Shown piece after piece: positions 36,967 through 50,176 of a stretch of DNA of 64,000 bases (its first letter is position 1; every line of letters starts with the position of its first letter). This stretch comes from Chrysomallon squamiferum (Eukaryota > Animalia > Mollusca): positions 33,232,001 to 33,296,000 of the forward strand of contig CM022670.1 in assembly GCA_012295275.1 (NCBI GenBank), read 5' to 3'. The notes beneath the pieces were generated by a model. It had not been told where the DNA came from. It saw nothing but the letters and a program-made list of their open reading frames with translations, and did no database searches. Both the position numbers and the translations under genes were made by a program.

Positions 36967-38175
36967 ATGGAACTGGATATTGCCAACGAAACATGGGGTT
37001 TCATGTCGCCTGCTTCTGATCGAGCCTATTCCCGTCTGGAACTGGATGCTCAAACAAGTTCGACGAAGGCTGATGATGATCACAGCGGGTGCAGTGACCG
37101 CAGTTTCAACAGTTCTGTGTCCAAAAAATCGAAAAAACGAGTGCAATTTCAGGCAGATGATAATCTGGAACTAGTTTATGAAATACCGCCCAGAGGACAT
37201 TATTCGCCTGCTGAAGAGTCAGATGCTGACAATTCAACCGATGAAGAAGACGACGACGAAGACGATGATGACGACGACGACGACCAGTCTTCGTCAGATT
37301 CTTCGTCGGAGACATCAGACACAGCATTATATTCTTCATCTGGAAGAACTAACGTAAGTTCCTATTCCAACAGTTTTACTAACAATATATCACCAGCAAG
37401 AGGTTCCTACAGCGTCAGCAAATCGAAAGAAAAAGGAACTTCTGTTGTGGCTAAAATTACCGGTGTCACACCTTTTCGTACGAATATTTCTGTTTGTGAC
37501 AAAGGCAGACGCGGTGGCCGGAAAGAGAGAAAAGCGAAACGGACAAATTCGGCGAATTCAAACACAGAGGAAAAGCAGAAGACGACATCAAAGGTTAGGA
37601 CAAAAGGAACAAGAAAAAAAGCAAATGCGAAAAAAGTTGATGTTGGTAAGAATAATGTTATTTTGAAGAGACAAAAAGAAACTAACAAGGCAATGAAAAA
37701 TGTGACACCGCGTCGCTGTAGTAGTGCAAGTAGAATTGTAAGCAGCCAGAGACTCTCTCTAACGCGAAGTCCGTCTCCCAGCAAACACATACCGCCAGCA
37801 CGCCCAAGATCTGAAATGTCTTTTTACCCTTCGTTCAAAACCACAAACCTCGCCACGAGACTGTCTGATCGACAAGACGTTTGTATAGGCGAGTCTTTAA
37901 AAAATTTAACCATAGGAAAAGTGTACACAATAGATGGATTTATATTTCCGCAGGATCCCGTTGATCAAATAAAAGAAAGTCAAAGAGCGGAACATGTAAA
38001 AGAAGCTCAGTCAAATAGTTCTGTTCAAAAGAAAAGGTGTTTGTCGTGGAAAATGGCGAATGCTAGTTCTCATAGTCCCGTGATGCACACACCCTGTATT
38101 CTGCCCTTGTGGGAATCGATACAGTCAGTGTCTCTGGCTCCAAAACCAGGCGTTAAAACTAAAATTTTGAATTAG
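36967..38175 (+). CDS. Uncharacterised 402 aa intrinsically disordered protein with an RVxF PP1-docking motif, acidic tract and K/R/S-rich region
   Basis: 1.2 kb open frame, GC-rich relative to its flanks. In-frame stop upstream at 36925-36927. KKRVQF at aa 56-61 followed by LVY and R; D/E run at aa ~83-106. Candidate acceptor tttcag at 36836-36841 and donor CAG|GTAATA at 36658. Confidence 0.8.
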   Translation: MELDIANETWGFMSPASDRAYSRLELDAQTSSTKADDDHSGCSDRSFNSSVSKKSKKRVQFQADDNLELVYEIPPRGHYSPAEESDADNSTDEEDDDEDDDDDDDDQSSSDSSSETSDTALYSSSGRTNVSSYSNSFTNNISPARGSYSVSKSKEKGTSVVAKITGVTPFRTNISVCDKGRRGGRKERKAKRTNSANSNTEEKQKTTSKVRTKGTRKKANAKKVDVGKNNVILKRQKETNKAMKNVTPRRCSSASRIVSSQRLSLTRSPSPSKHIPPARPRSEMSFYPSFKTTNLATRLSDRQDVCIGESLKNLTIGKVYTIDGFIFPQDPVDQIKESQRAEHVKEAQSNSSVQKKRCLSWKMANASSHSPVMHTPCILPLWESIQSVSLAPKPGVKTKILN

Positions 38176-38368
38176 TATATCAAAGTTATATAAAACAAGG
38201 AAAAGACAAACAAAAAATCCCAAGGTTGTATCAGTTTGAATAATTGTTAATGTATTGTTAATGTTATGACTTAGTTGGTGCATTTAATTGTCAAAATATC
38301 GTGTAATACCATTTGCCCAGCAGCCGAAGTATTCTTTAATTTTATTTATTTATTTATTTAATTATTTA

Positions 38369-38519
38369 TAATAATAATAATAATAATAATAATCATAATA
38401 ATAATAATAATAATAATCATAATAATAATAATAATAATAATATAATAACAATAATAATAACAACAACAGCAACAACACCAATAAAAGTAATCATAATAAT
38501 GATAATGATGATGATGATG

Positions 38520-38561
<42 letters not shown>

Positions 38562-38690
38562 TTATCATCATCATCATTATTATTATTATTATTATTATTA
38601 TCATTATTATTATTATTACTATTATTATCATTATGATTATCAGCATTATTATTATCATTATGATTATCAGCATTATTATTATATTAAACA
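38369..38690. repeat. (AAT)n/(GAT)n tract followed by its reverse complement (ATT)n/(ATC)n
   Basis: Strand switch at ~38537: gatgatgatgataataataataataat then attattatt...atcatcatcatcattat. Confidence 0.85.
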
Positions 38691-39206
38691 TTAGGGTTTA
38701 TATAAATAAGTATTTAAAAATTAAACATAACAAAATAATAAATAAGCCTTACTGCTAGAAGAGAACAAAGTCCTCCTTTGATTTTATGCTTGAAGTAATT
38801 TTTAAAATGTTACATTATTTGAAATATACTTTACATCAATCACAAATGAAAATACTTTGTGCATTATTTCATTTATTTATTAAACAATCAGGTTTCATAA
38901 TTGTCGCCACATTTAAAAACGTGAATATCGTAATTTATTATATTGTTAAACATTATTAAGTATTTTATATTATACATAAATGTGTGTAGGTATATATGTA
39001 TGTATGTACGTATGTATCTGTGTTTAAGTGTTTATGTATGTATGTATGTATGTATGTTTGTATGTATGAATATATGAATCTGTATGTATGCGTGTATGAT
39101 TGTTGATGGATGTCTGTATGTGTGTGCAGGTATGTGGATGTACGTACGTAAGTTGGTATGTATAAATATGCGTTTATATATAAGTTATATAAATACATAT
39201 ATAAAA

Positions 39207-39248
<42 letters not shown>

Positions 39249-42200
39249 ATCATTTACAGCTGATGTCTAAGACGTACTTCGAAAGATTTTGAATAGTAAT
39301 ATTAAACCCTTTTTCGCGAGCTACCCGCAAATACGTCAACAATGACGTTTATACTTTCGTCTTAAAGACATTACGTACCTGGAGGTTATTGCTTAATGAT
39401 GTACGCTTCACTACTAATAAGTTAATAAGCTTAACACAGTAACAGGTCAACAAAACAGGTACACGTTATTCTTATACGTTCTTTAATCTCCTGGAATGCT
39501 ATTTGGCATTTTACTAGATTTTTTCCCGTGTTTTGAAAATGTATAATTTAATAAATAAAAGAAAGTTATTGTGGGCTGCAGATATTTCGATTTTAACTGC
39601 GAATCTTTTCATTAGAATTAATCGGAAAAGTATTCTTTTTTATTAGTATCGTTATTATTTGTATGGTTGACGTTGTTGTTATTGTTATTATTTTCATTAT
39701 TATTACTGCCATTGCTATTATTATTATTTAATTTTATGAAAGAGTATTATTAAGGAAGATACTTTCTGAGTGTTTGCATAAGATTAACATGCATATAAAC
39801 TTCTTTTAAATTTTAATGAAACGTTTGTTTAAAATTCACAAAATGTTTAAGAGTTAATATTAAGTAATTTTTAAAAACGAAAATATATTTATTTCTATTA
39901 TCTATTATTGCTTCGGCTTCATGTTTTAATGAGTAGATAGCATACTTAGTTCATATTTTATTTTAAATTATTTTTTCATTTAGAAAATAATTTTAATTTA
40001 AGATAGATTTAAAAGCTTTGGAATATATATAAATTGTATTGTTAACTTCTTTCGTTCATTTGTTTTTTGTTTGTTGTTGTTTGTTTGTTTGTTGTTTGTA
40101 TTTCTTTCTTTTGTCTTTTTCTTTTTTTTTCTTTTTTTTTTTTTTTAAACTAACAATTAGGTAATTTGTATTAAGGAATTACTTAAGGAATTTTGGCAAT
40201 CAAAATTTCATTTATATAAAAAGTTATTTACAGTGATATTCTGTTTTTGTTTTCAGAGTTAAAACTAGAAAAACGGAATTAGGCAATAACTTAATTAAAC
40301 TATTTTATAATCAAACCTTAAGTATACATTTCAAAATAGTTACAGTTATAATTATTTTCGTTTATAGTTAAGAATTAATTGTTTCAGTCAACTATTAAAA
40401 ACAGTATCAATGTCAATAAATATATTTCTAATTTATATTACACAGAAATTTTTAATTAAAATTTGGTTTCGTTTCATTAATTTTTATTCATTTGAACTTA
40501 TGTGATTGTTTTTCATTTGTTTTTCTTCTCACTTTCATTTAAGATAAATACGATAATATCAGTTCGTTTTCTTCATTTTGTTTCCATTACTTTTTACTTT
40601 AATGCAATTTTTATTTATTTACTTGTATGGCTAATTTTCAGTCTTTCAAGGCTCGAAGAAAAATCGTTCCATCTGGAAAACCAAAGGATCGCATAAAGAC
40701 AAATAGCAGACATAAAAAAAAATAAAAAAAATATTTAAAAAAATGGCGAAAAAGGATTTGCTGTGGAGGTCTAAACGGTCAACGAGTCTACGTCACTAAC
40801 TACTGTGGTGGAAACAAAGGATTAGATAAAAACTGTATAGCAACACGGGTAGGTGAGAAAAGAAGTCTGGCGATGAGACACGACATAAATGTGTAACTCT
40901 TATCTCATATCTTGAGTTACCTACTGAAACGCGCACTGACATTTCATAAACAACAGAAACAATTTGACTTACTGCCAAATAACTAATGAATATTATGTTT
41001 ATAAAACTTAATAATAATGAAATATTAGTAGATATAATTTGATTTGACGGCCAGTATATTAATCAATAAATATAATATCATATTATAAGGATAAAAAATA
41101 ATAATAATAATAATAAAAAAATAATAATAAATAAAATAATAAAATGAAGAAAAAAAGGAAATAAAATAACGAATATGATCTTACTAAGAGCCTTCAAAAA
41201 TTGTAATGTTAGACGAAAGACGATTACAATAAAAAGGAAGAAAAACAAAATATGTTTATTTAGTTTAGATTTACGAGCCGGTACTTTAAAACAAATTAAG
41301 TGGGTGTAAAGTACAACGCATATAAAATATATGCGTATACGACAGTATCTTACATAAGGTGTTTGTTAATTAAAACATTCAGAAGATAAAATGTCGGCTA
41401 TCAAGATATTCCACGAATCTAATTATCACAACTGCTTATGAACTGTCACGGATATAATTAGATATATTTTGAACATTCATGATTTAAGCCGATTATACAA
41501 TATTAAATATTAGTGTAGGTACGTATTTAGGTAGGTGTGGGTGCGTATGTGTATGTATGGGGGAAGACTGACGCAACTTCATAAATTCATATTAATTAAG
41601 TATTCTACAAGCGTATTAACCGCATTTAATGAAGGAACGGTTGTATTTCTAGTTTTTACAGTATTGTCGTGAAACTTCAGAACCTTTCAACTTATACTAA
41701 ACATTTCACGAATGTATGCCATAGACCGCTTACAAGAAATCTACGTTATATACATGCATTGCAACTTGACACGAGGTGCAATCATAAAATGACTTCTCGT
41801 GTTCGACGTCTTTTGAGTGGCCCCGCTGGCTAAAACTGAGGTTATTAAAACACAAAGAGCTTTAATAAATTATTGTTATTAGTCAGGTGTAGTCTGTAAC
41901 TGCTCTGAATGCCTCTGTGGTATAAATAAATAAAAGATATAAATCAAACATACAATACGGGACTGAACGCTTCAACGCGCTGTTTGTGAAGGTTTCATGT
42001 TCAAAATATATTGGCAAGTGAATGTAGGTTATTTTTACAGGCAGTGGAAAATTAATATAAATAATGTACATAAATAAAAAGAAATATAAAAAAAACTATT
42101 TGAATTAAAAACAAAAATAAAATAAAAACGTATATATATGTATGTATATATGCAAGTATTTATATGTACATATTTTTTAATTCAAATATTTATGTTTTCT

Positions 42201-43371
42201 TTATTTATATATATATATATACCATATAATTACAATAAGCTACTATATTTTGCATGAACAATAAAAAAGTGATAACAGTCTGAAAAACTTTATAAATTTG
42301 CCAGTAACTTGTTGCTGAGTACTAATCTTTGCTAATTATAATGTATAACCATTAAATAAAACACTTGATGAAACATACATTGCTTCTATTTTGTATGTAG
42401 AAGTGTCAATAATCAACAATGAAATATCAAAAAAACCCAAAACATACAGTAATATAGAGTTCTCTGTATGAAATTATGTCATGAAAAAGATAAAGTGCTA
42501 GTATCAAAACAACACTGAGAGCTAAATATATTGTTGTTCTGCTTTATTAAGAAACACAATCCCTTTGTAATATTTAAAATATTAAATGTATTGAAGCTAT
42601 TTATAAGTTTTTAATGAATTATGTTTTGCTGACCATAATGATATCATGTTTTTTATTCTTTACCCCAAAATTTGGATATGCACCCGAGAAGATGATAGAT
42701 TTCTTCTGTAGCAGTTTAATCCTTTTGTTAGTAACTTGTAAAAATGTGATATATTCTTTTGTTTCTGGGCATCTGAAGCTGCATCTAATATGTATGTGTG
42801 TGTTTCATTAAAAAGTTAAATGTAATTTCATCATCTACTTGATATATATTATTACTTATCAAAATATGATCATAATGACAACTAGATGTAAATACATTAG
42901 AAATTCTTTAATTCTGAAATAATGATTTGTGAAAAAGAAATTTTCCAAGCACTTCAGCATTTAAATGTTGAACAGAACATCCCCAGACTCTCTGCCAGTG
43001 GCTCACTTTAAGTTACAGCAGTCATCATTATTTTACAGATTTTGATTAAATTAGAGAACTGAGCTATAGGGTTTAGCTAAATACAGGTGCTAACTGCTGC
43101 AGAATACAATAACTACAACATTTTTTTAAATTATTATTATTTTTTTTTTTTTATCTTTATTTATACAAAAATAAATAAATAACATGCATACATTAATTTT
43201 CAACAAGATTGTGTTTTTGAGGTAATTGGATGAACAAGTGTCATGAGTGAGATTAATAAAGACATAATTTAGTCTTCTGTGAACACTGATGGTGATGCAG
43301 ATGATGATGGTAGTCTGAGCATGATTCTCTCTGAAAGACTGGGTAACTGGAAAGTGATGTTTGTGAATATG

Positions 43372-43605
43372 TCAAGATTTGCTACAGACACACAGCACTA
43401 CACCAGCAACAACCAGAAACATACCAGCATAAGTCTCTGAAAACAACAAATATATAATAATTAATTTCTTTTTTAAACAAAATGATAATATCATTTAATT
43501 TACTTAGTAATGGATTTTATTAAAACTTTAATTTCCAAAATGTTTTTGCTAAGCTTATCTTCAGTTCAGTTCTCTCTCTCTTTTTTCTCTCTGTATGTAT
43601 GCATA

Positions 43606-43649
<44 letters not shown>

Positions 43650-44711
43650 TGAAATATGTGTGTGTTTGGAACATATACAATTTAAATAATAATAAAATAG
43701 TATGTAAAAACATTAAATCTCTGAACAGTAAAATAAACTACAGTTAAAGATCAGCACATTTCCTTTGATGAAACTTGTCAAAAATCTTTATTTTACACAA
43801 TCTAATATATATTAATATGATTATTAGAATTGTGTTATTTATAGAAGTACTTAAGAAGAAAAAAAATATATAATAAAATTATTACATTGTTATTTATATG
43901 TCAAAAATTGTATTAATTAAATTCATTAAAAGTCTTTAAAAATATATAATACATACATATATATATATAATTATTTATTTACTATAAATGAAAGCTAAAA
44001 ATCACATTTATTACATAGATTAATTTTTTTTATTTCATCTGCATGTTTTGAAAAGCATCATAAACTGATTTGTTTTTAAAGTGGAATGTCTCTCACCCCA
44101 GTGCTGTATTTTTTCTCCAAGCAGTCTGCCTGACAAGCTGGTAAAGATGAATGTAAGTGAATTTGTTAGAGGAACAGCAAGAGTAAGATCTGTGAAAAAA
44201 TGTAACGTAATGAATTAAGATATTAAAACAAAAACAATGATAGCAATAATCATTTTCATGCCTCAGTGAGTCAATTAATACTTTATTTCCTCTGCAAAAA
44301 TTGGTGAGTGCAAAACAAAACAAATTATATAAAATATCTATTTCCCACCCATTCTCAGCAACTGATCTAAGTTCTAATAGTATGGTTATTTATAAAATAC
44401 CTGTATCAGTTTCATAGACGTATTCTTAACAGTTGTAGGTTATGGCTAAAATATAACTCAAGTTTGCATTTAATAAAAATGGAAAACAAATCACATTTAT
44501 GGGTCATAAAATATTACCATGATAGCATGAATATTGTTTTAGGACAATTCCCCCCAACCCCAAAAAGAAAAAGATTAGATTCAATAAATCCTTTAAATAA
44601 GCAGAAAATAATTTTTCAGTTTGACAACTGTTACTTACCAGCAGACGCAAGAGTTATGTAATACAACACGGATCCAAACTGATTCACAATAAATGGCAGG
44701 ATATACTAGAC

Positions 44712-44750
<39 letters not shown>

Positions 44751-45820
44751 ATAACAGTCTTATCAGACAAAAAACAATAAAAGAATTCTAATATTTCTTT
44801 TTGCTAATGTCACATTTAATTTCCTTTGAGGCTGTTTCAAATAAAGATGCAGTCTGAGATGCAAAAATAATGTCTGGTCATTTCTTGTTTATATAATATT
44901 TATATTTGCTGTAAGTTTCCTAAAACTGCTAGCTTAAGATTTTATTACTTTTAAGTGGATGGTTATTGAAAAAAAAATAATAACAATTACTATAGATAAA
45001 TTTCTTTAGGAAATAATTTAAAAAGGAAAAATTAATATCAGTGTTAATTATAATTAACTTTAAAAATTTTAATTATCTGTACTTTTCTGTTTTTATGCCT
45101 TCTTGTTGTTTTTTTGTGTTTTTTTTCTTAAATCTATTTGACTATGTAAATACATGTATAGTAAATATACCTTCCAGTTGAAAAATAAGAAACTTAATTC
45201 AGCAAAAAATTGCTGGACTTGATTATCTTTCCTGATTTTCTCAATTCCTTTGCTACCTCTTTTAATAAAAGGATTTGTAAAACCCCAAAAAGCAGCAACA
45301 GTCACAAGCCAAAATGCATTTTCTGATAGAGATAAAAATATAATAATAATAATAATAATTTAATATTTTTTTTATATTTTCTGTAATTACAAAAATTATT
45401 ATTAATTTAATAATATTTATAAATATTTTCTAACTGTATATATTCTTTATTTTAATAATGCAAGAATGTAACCTTTTTAATTATATTATTGTGAATGAGA
45501 GAGTAAATACTATTTTGGTTTTCAAAGGCAACCCCCCAAAAAAAAGTAAGATTATTTGAAAAATTATAAATTATCATTACTATTAATATTTTAAACTGCA
45601 GTATATTTGGGTCGAATGAGCTAATCAGACTAAAAATATTATTAATCAATTTAATGTAAGTAAGTAATACCACTACTACTACTACTAATTACTATAATAA
45701 AAAAGAAAAGGAAATAAAAAAGAAAAAAGATTGCAATGATTGTTTAATTTTAATTGCTCATCAGTTAGAAAATAATTTAGCTTTACTGAAATGTAACTTA
45801 TATGTACCCAAATTAGCCAT
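43372..45820 (-). CDS. TMEM234: Transmembrane protein 234 (DMT/EamA-like small membrane protein), 129 aa, 5 exons
   Basis: Exons 45820-45808, 45322-45171, 44705-44639, 44189-44097 and 43436-43372 are phase-compatible GT-AG and total 390 nt: MANLENAFWLVTVAAFWGFTNPFIKRGS...FNWK/YILPFIVNQFGSVLYYITLASA/DLTLAVPLTNSLTFIFT...LGE.../TYAGMFLVVAGVVLCVCSKS*. WGxTNP, PFxxNQxGS and LAVPxxNSL are TMEM234 signatures. Confidence 0.95.
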
Positions 45821-46230
45821 TATCGCTTTGCGTCATCGCTGACTTAATTAAGTCTCGGTGCGGCTTGTTGATATTTACCTACGGTACCGGAAATAAAATG
45901 AGGAAGTTGATGAAGAATGTTTGGAATGCATTGATACTAGCATTTAAACAACATATTATGTTTATAAATTAAGGACGAACGTGCTTTGAACATATATATC
46001 AAATTAACAACATATATCTTATTATAAAAGAAAGCTCATTATCAGAAATTAAAATTTTTATTTTAGATCTCCTTTGATTGATTTTCAAATAAATAATGGT
46101 TCATTTTAGCAGATACATTTTTAGATAGTACTGATCTTATCGGTCGTTTTGCGCATGTGCAGAAAGTCACGTCCGAGATAAACAAGTGTCTTTGCATCGC
46201 CAGATTATTACTTGTTGATTAATGGTATTT
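45821..46230. promoter_or_regulatory. Probable bidirectional promoter between TMEM234 and MPDZ/PATJ
   Basis: Local CpG cluster directly upstream of the TMEM234 ATG. TGCGTCA (CRE-like) ~45829, CCGGAAA (ETS-like) ~45887, GCGCATGTGC (NRF1-like) 46151. Possible MPDZ first-exon donor ATG|GTATTT near 46224. Confidence 0.5.
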
Positions 46231-47344
46231 TATATATATATATATGGATTACAAATATATAGTTAACAAAACATAAATTTTTATGACTATTTAGTGTTTT
46301 ATATACAGCGAGTGTGAACGGTACAATCACTAATTTTCATTTCAATATATGAAAAGTTTCTCGCACTGACTGCTCAAGGTTCTAACCTCTTGCACTCGCC
46401 ATCTCTTGATCGCTGTCTAGAATCTAATTTAGATTTTCATTAATGATTTAAACACCTTTAATTACTTCTTTAGTCATTAATGCACATCCTATTAATGCGT
46501 TAATTAACTTGTTAAGTATATTTTAGTATGTGTTTTGTGAAATCGTAAGAAACTTGTTGAGCACAGCATTCTCAGATTCTGCAGATTATTATCATTATAA
46601 TTAGAACAAGGAAACAAGTAATTTATTATTATTATTATAATATTAATGAAATTTTTGCAATAATGATAATTTTTAATGACAGTTTTTTTTTTAACACTTA
46701 GACTGAAATAAATGGTTTTAATTATTAGATTAAAGAAAAGCTGGGTCAGTATTATTTTAATGTCCCTAAATACTAAAGTAAACAAATTTTTGAAATGTAT
46801 TTTTTGGATGTTGCCCTATACCCAGATAATATAACAAATTAGTAAGTATCAGATTTATCTGTATACTAGAAGTATTATATAAGCAAAATTAGATACAAGG
46901 TTTACTGAAATCACAGGACTTGGCAACATCATCATACATGATCAAAATCAGTTTTAAAATATCGTAAACTTATTCATATTATGGAATACAATTTAATAAT
47001 AAAATTGCATGTTGTAAATAATCTATTTTATGATTTGAATAACATCATTTAATACTGAATATATTTGAATAATATCATTTATTACTGAATGCATTTTAGA
47101 AAAACAGATGTAATTGCTTAAAGATAATAATTATAGATTGTGTTCAAATTCAAATTATTTTTAAAAATAAAACAACAAAAAAAACCAACTATCTAATCTT
47201 TTAAAATAATAGATATATTATTTTAAAAATTTTAAAACAATAGATCCATTGCTGACTATTTCTAGACTTATCTGAGTATATGGATCAACCAAGACTTCTA
47301 GAAAATATATATTTTTAATATTCCAGGATTTATTTAGAAATCTG

Positions 47345-47427
47345 AAAATCAAAATAGGGAATTATCGTGGAAACTGGTTGTAAAATCACCTATGGTGCCC
47401 GTATGACCCTTGGGATAAACAGAATGA
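47345..47427 (+). mobile_element. Short 3' tail relic resembling an RTE-clade LINE
   Basis: ggaaactggttgtaaaatcacctatggtgcccgtatgacccttgggata resembles the 3' end of molluscan RTE elements as recalled; not verified by search. Confidence 0.4.
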
Positions 47428-48074
47428 AATCAAAAAGAGCTAAACCCAACATTGTTTAATTAATTTATTTTTTTAAATTGTTATTCATTAGTCTTCATAA
47501 AATGTACTATTTATCTTTATTAATAGTATATTATTTTTTCCAAATCTTTTAATGAATGTTGCAGTCACAGTTTCCATATGAAATAAAAAATGTATGCGTG
47601 TGTCATTGATTTATATGTGTGTGTGTGTGTATATATATATATATGTTTTTGTTATCAGAAACTAATGCTATAAAATTAAAATTCTTTTGGTAAATTGATA
47701 TATAGTGCTTCTACATAATTAACATTAATTTTTTAATTTTATTTTCATGACAAATCTTGCTGTGGTTTTAAGGAAGCAGAGTTTAAGTAGAAGAAAAAAG
47801 ATGAGGATAATAACAAATTAATGTAATAATTAAAATAAAAGTACAGAAACACCTCAGTAATTATTTTAAATCACTATTTTTACAAATATAAATGCATACA
47901 GTATGTATCTGTAGATTTAAATGTTCATCTAGAAAATCATTTCTATCACAACATCATTTTTTTTTTTCTTTCTCTGAAATTCTTAGAAGTAATATTTATA
48001 CCTGTATGTTACTGTATTTATTTACTTGTATTTTCAGATAAGACTTACAAGGTGATGATTGCTTAGACACAATC

Positions 48075-50176
48075 ATGTCTCTTATTTCTGGTAAGTTTTG
48101 TGCATTGTTATGTACATGTTTTTTTCCTCTATCTCTCTCTTTCTAACTCTTTCTTTCTCTTCTATGAAGGCATATGAAGGAATAAGCTGAAATGTTTGGA
48201 GATGATGCAAATATTTTATACAGAATAATTATCATGTTGATATGTTCATGGATTTAATTCAAGTTAGCATTAAGTATAATCACTCTGTTTTTGTTAACTA
48301 GATATGAGAGAAAAACACTAGTGGTGAGAGTCAGAAATAGATAAAAAAAGAAGAAAAAATTGTCATGATAAAGGCACCTGTTGTTAATAATTTTTTCTTA
48401 CTTGTTTGTAGAGGGCTTTAAAAAAATATTTGTTCAAAGTTTTTTGTTTTTTAATGAAATCTTCTAACATTCAACAAATACTTCAACCATTGTAAGTTCA
48501 AAGAAATGAAGTCATAATAGTCTAGAATTTTAATTAAATGACTCACTAAAGCAATGATCTTTTTTTTCTTCATTTATTCTAATAGGTTTATTTCTTCAAG
48601 AAACCAATTTTGAGTGGTTTCCCTTTATTTGGTTTATAGGAATTGAATGTGTCAAAAAAAAAAAAAAAAAAAAAAATATATTTTGAGCATTACTTTCAGT
48701 CTTATCATTTATGCAGTGATTTTTTTTTTCTTTATAAATTTAAAAACTTGTTACAGCACAGAGAACCTTTGTCATGACCTATATTTGTTAACACACTGCT
48801 CACAATAACAAGTAAACAAAGCGTTGTACTCAGATCACTGAAAATATATCATTGTATCACACCTACACCTTGGATATTGATATCTAGATGCATGAAAAAA
48901 TAAAATATAATAAAAATTAATATAATATAATATAATATAATATAATATAATATAATATAATATAATATAATATATAATATAATATAATATAATATAATAT
49001 AATATAATATAATATAATATAATATAATATAATATAATATAATATAATATAATACAATACAATACAATACAATACAATACAATACAATACAATACAATAC
49101 AATACAACACAGTGTAATGTAATGTACTATATAATCATAAGTAAAACAAATAAATTAAAAATGAATAATCTAAAATAGAGAACAATTACAAAGTCCTTGT
49201 AAAATATAATTTATTCTGTTACCACTAACTATTGTTAGATAATGTATTAATCTATTATATTACAAACTTTTTTACAGCTTTTAACTTTCTCTTATCTAAC
49301 TTCATTTCATTACCGATTATTTAAAAATATATAAACAAATGAGTAAGTAACTAAAATTCAAAATAACTACAAAAGTAGTTGAAGTACAGAGATAACATAT
49401 TACATATTGCGTAGGTAATTAATGTGTGAATAAATTGTGTTACAATTATCATTAATATTCTGTTTAAAAACAAACAAAAATAACAAAGTAAAAATAGATA
49501 AAATTTTGCCTAATTGTTTGTATATTATTTCTTGAAAAGAGATATTTATAGTATTTTATAATTATTTAAAGGGAATAAATACATGCACACACACAAAAAT
49601 AAATAAATACATTTGAGTATCTTTTTTATTAAAAATTAGCTCTACCTATCAAATAAACATTGTAGATAATGAGCAGGCAGCTGACTGCCTGGACAGGCTG
49701 CAGAGCCAGCTGTGGGAGAAAGGAGATCACAGTCAAGATGACATTATATCCTCTGCCATCTGCATGATGGAGAGTCCACTGTTCCGCCAACTTCTCACTC
49801 TTCAGGAGTCCCTCCTGGAGCTGAAACAAGTCTCAGAGATGCACCAACTCACTGAGGACTCTTTCAACTTCGCAGCATCTGGAGAGTTGATACTCTCAAC
49901 TCCAGCAAGCTCCTTGAACAACATGGAGGTCAGTGAGAGTGCCACTCTCAACATACGTCCACCTTATCCTGGCAGTGCCATCTCAACTCACAGTTACGCT
50001 ATTGAGTTCCAAAGAGCCATCGAGAAAGCTGCTCAAGGAAGAGAGGTGGAGACTATCAAGTTGTTCAAACCTGAGAACTGCTCTCTAGGGTTCAGTGTAG
50101 TTGGACTGAAGAAAGAAGATTGTGGTGAACTTGGAATTTATGTTCAGGACATCCAACCAGGAGGGATTGCAGCCAA
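48075..50176 (+). CDS. MPDZ: Multiple-PDZ-domain protein (MPDZ/MUPP1/PATJ family), 5' part: L27 domain and first half of PDZ1
   Basis: Exon 48038-48090 (ATG 48075, MSLIS-, G|GTAAGT) joins exon 49666-50176 (AA|GTAAGT): MSLISDNEQAADCLDRLQSQLWEKGD...MESPLFRQLLTLQESLLELK (L27) ...AQGREVETIKLFKP...SLGFSVVGLK...GELGIYVQDIQPGGIAA (PDZ1). The next exon was not found before 64000. Confidence 0.9.
48918..49108. repeat. Pentanucleotide satellite, (AATAT)n switching to (AATAC)n
   Basis: Directly visible; monomer changes at ~49052. Confidence 0.95.
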
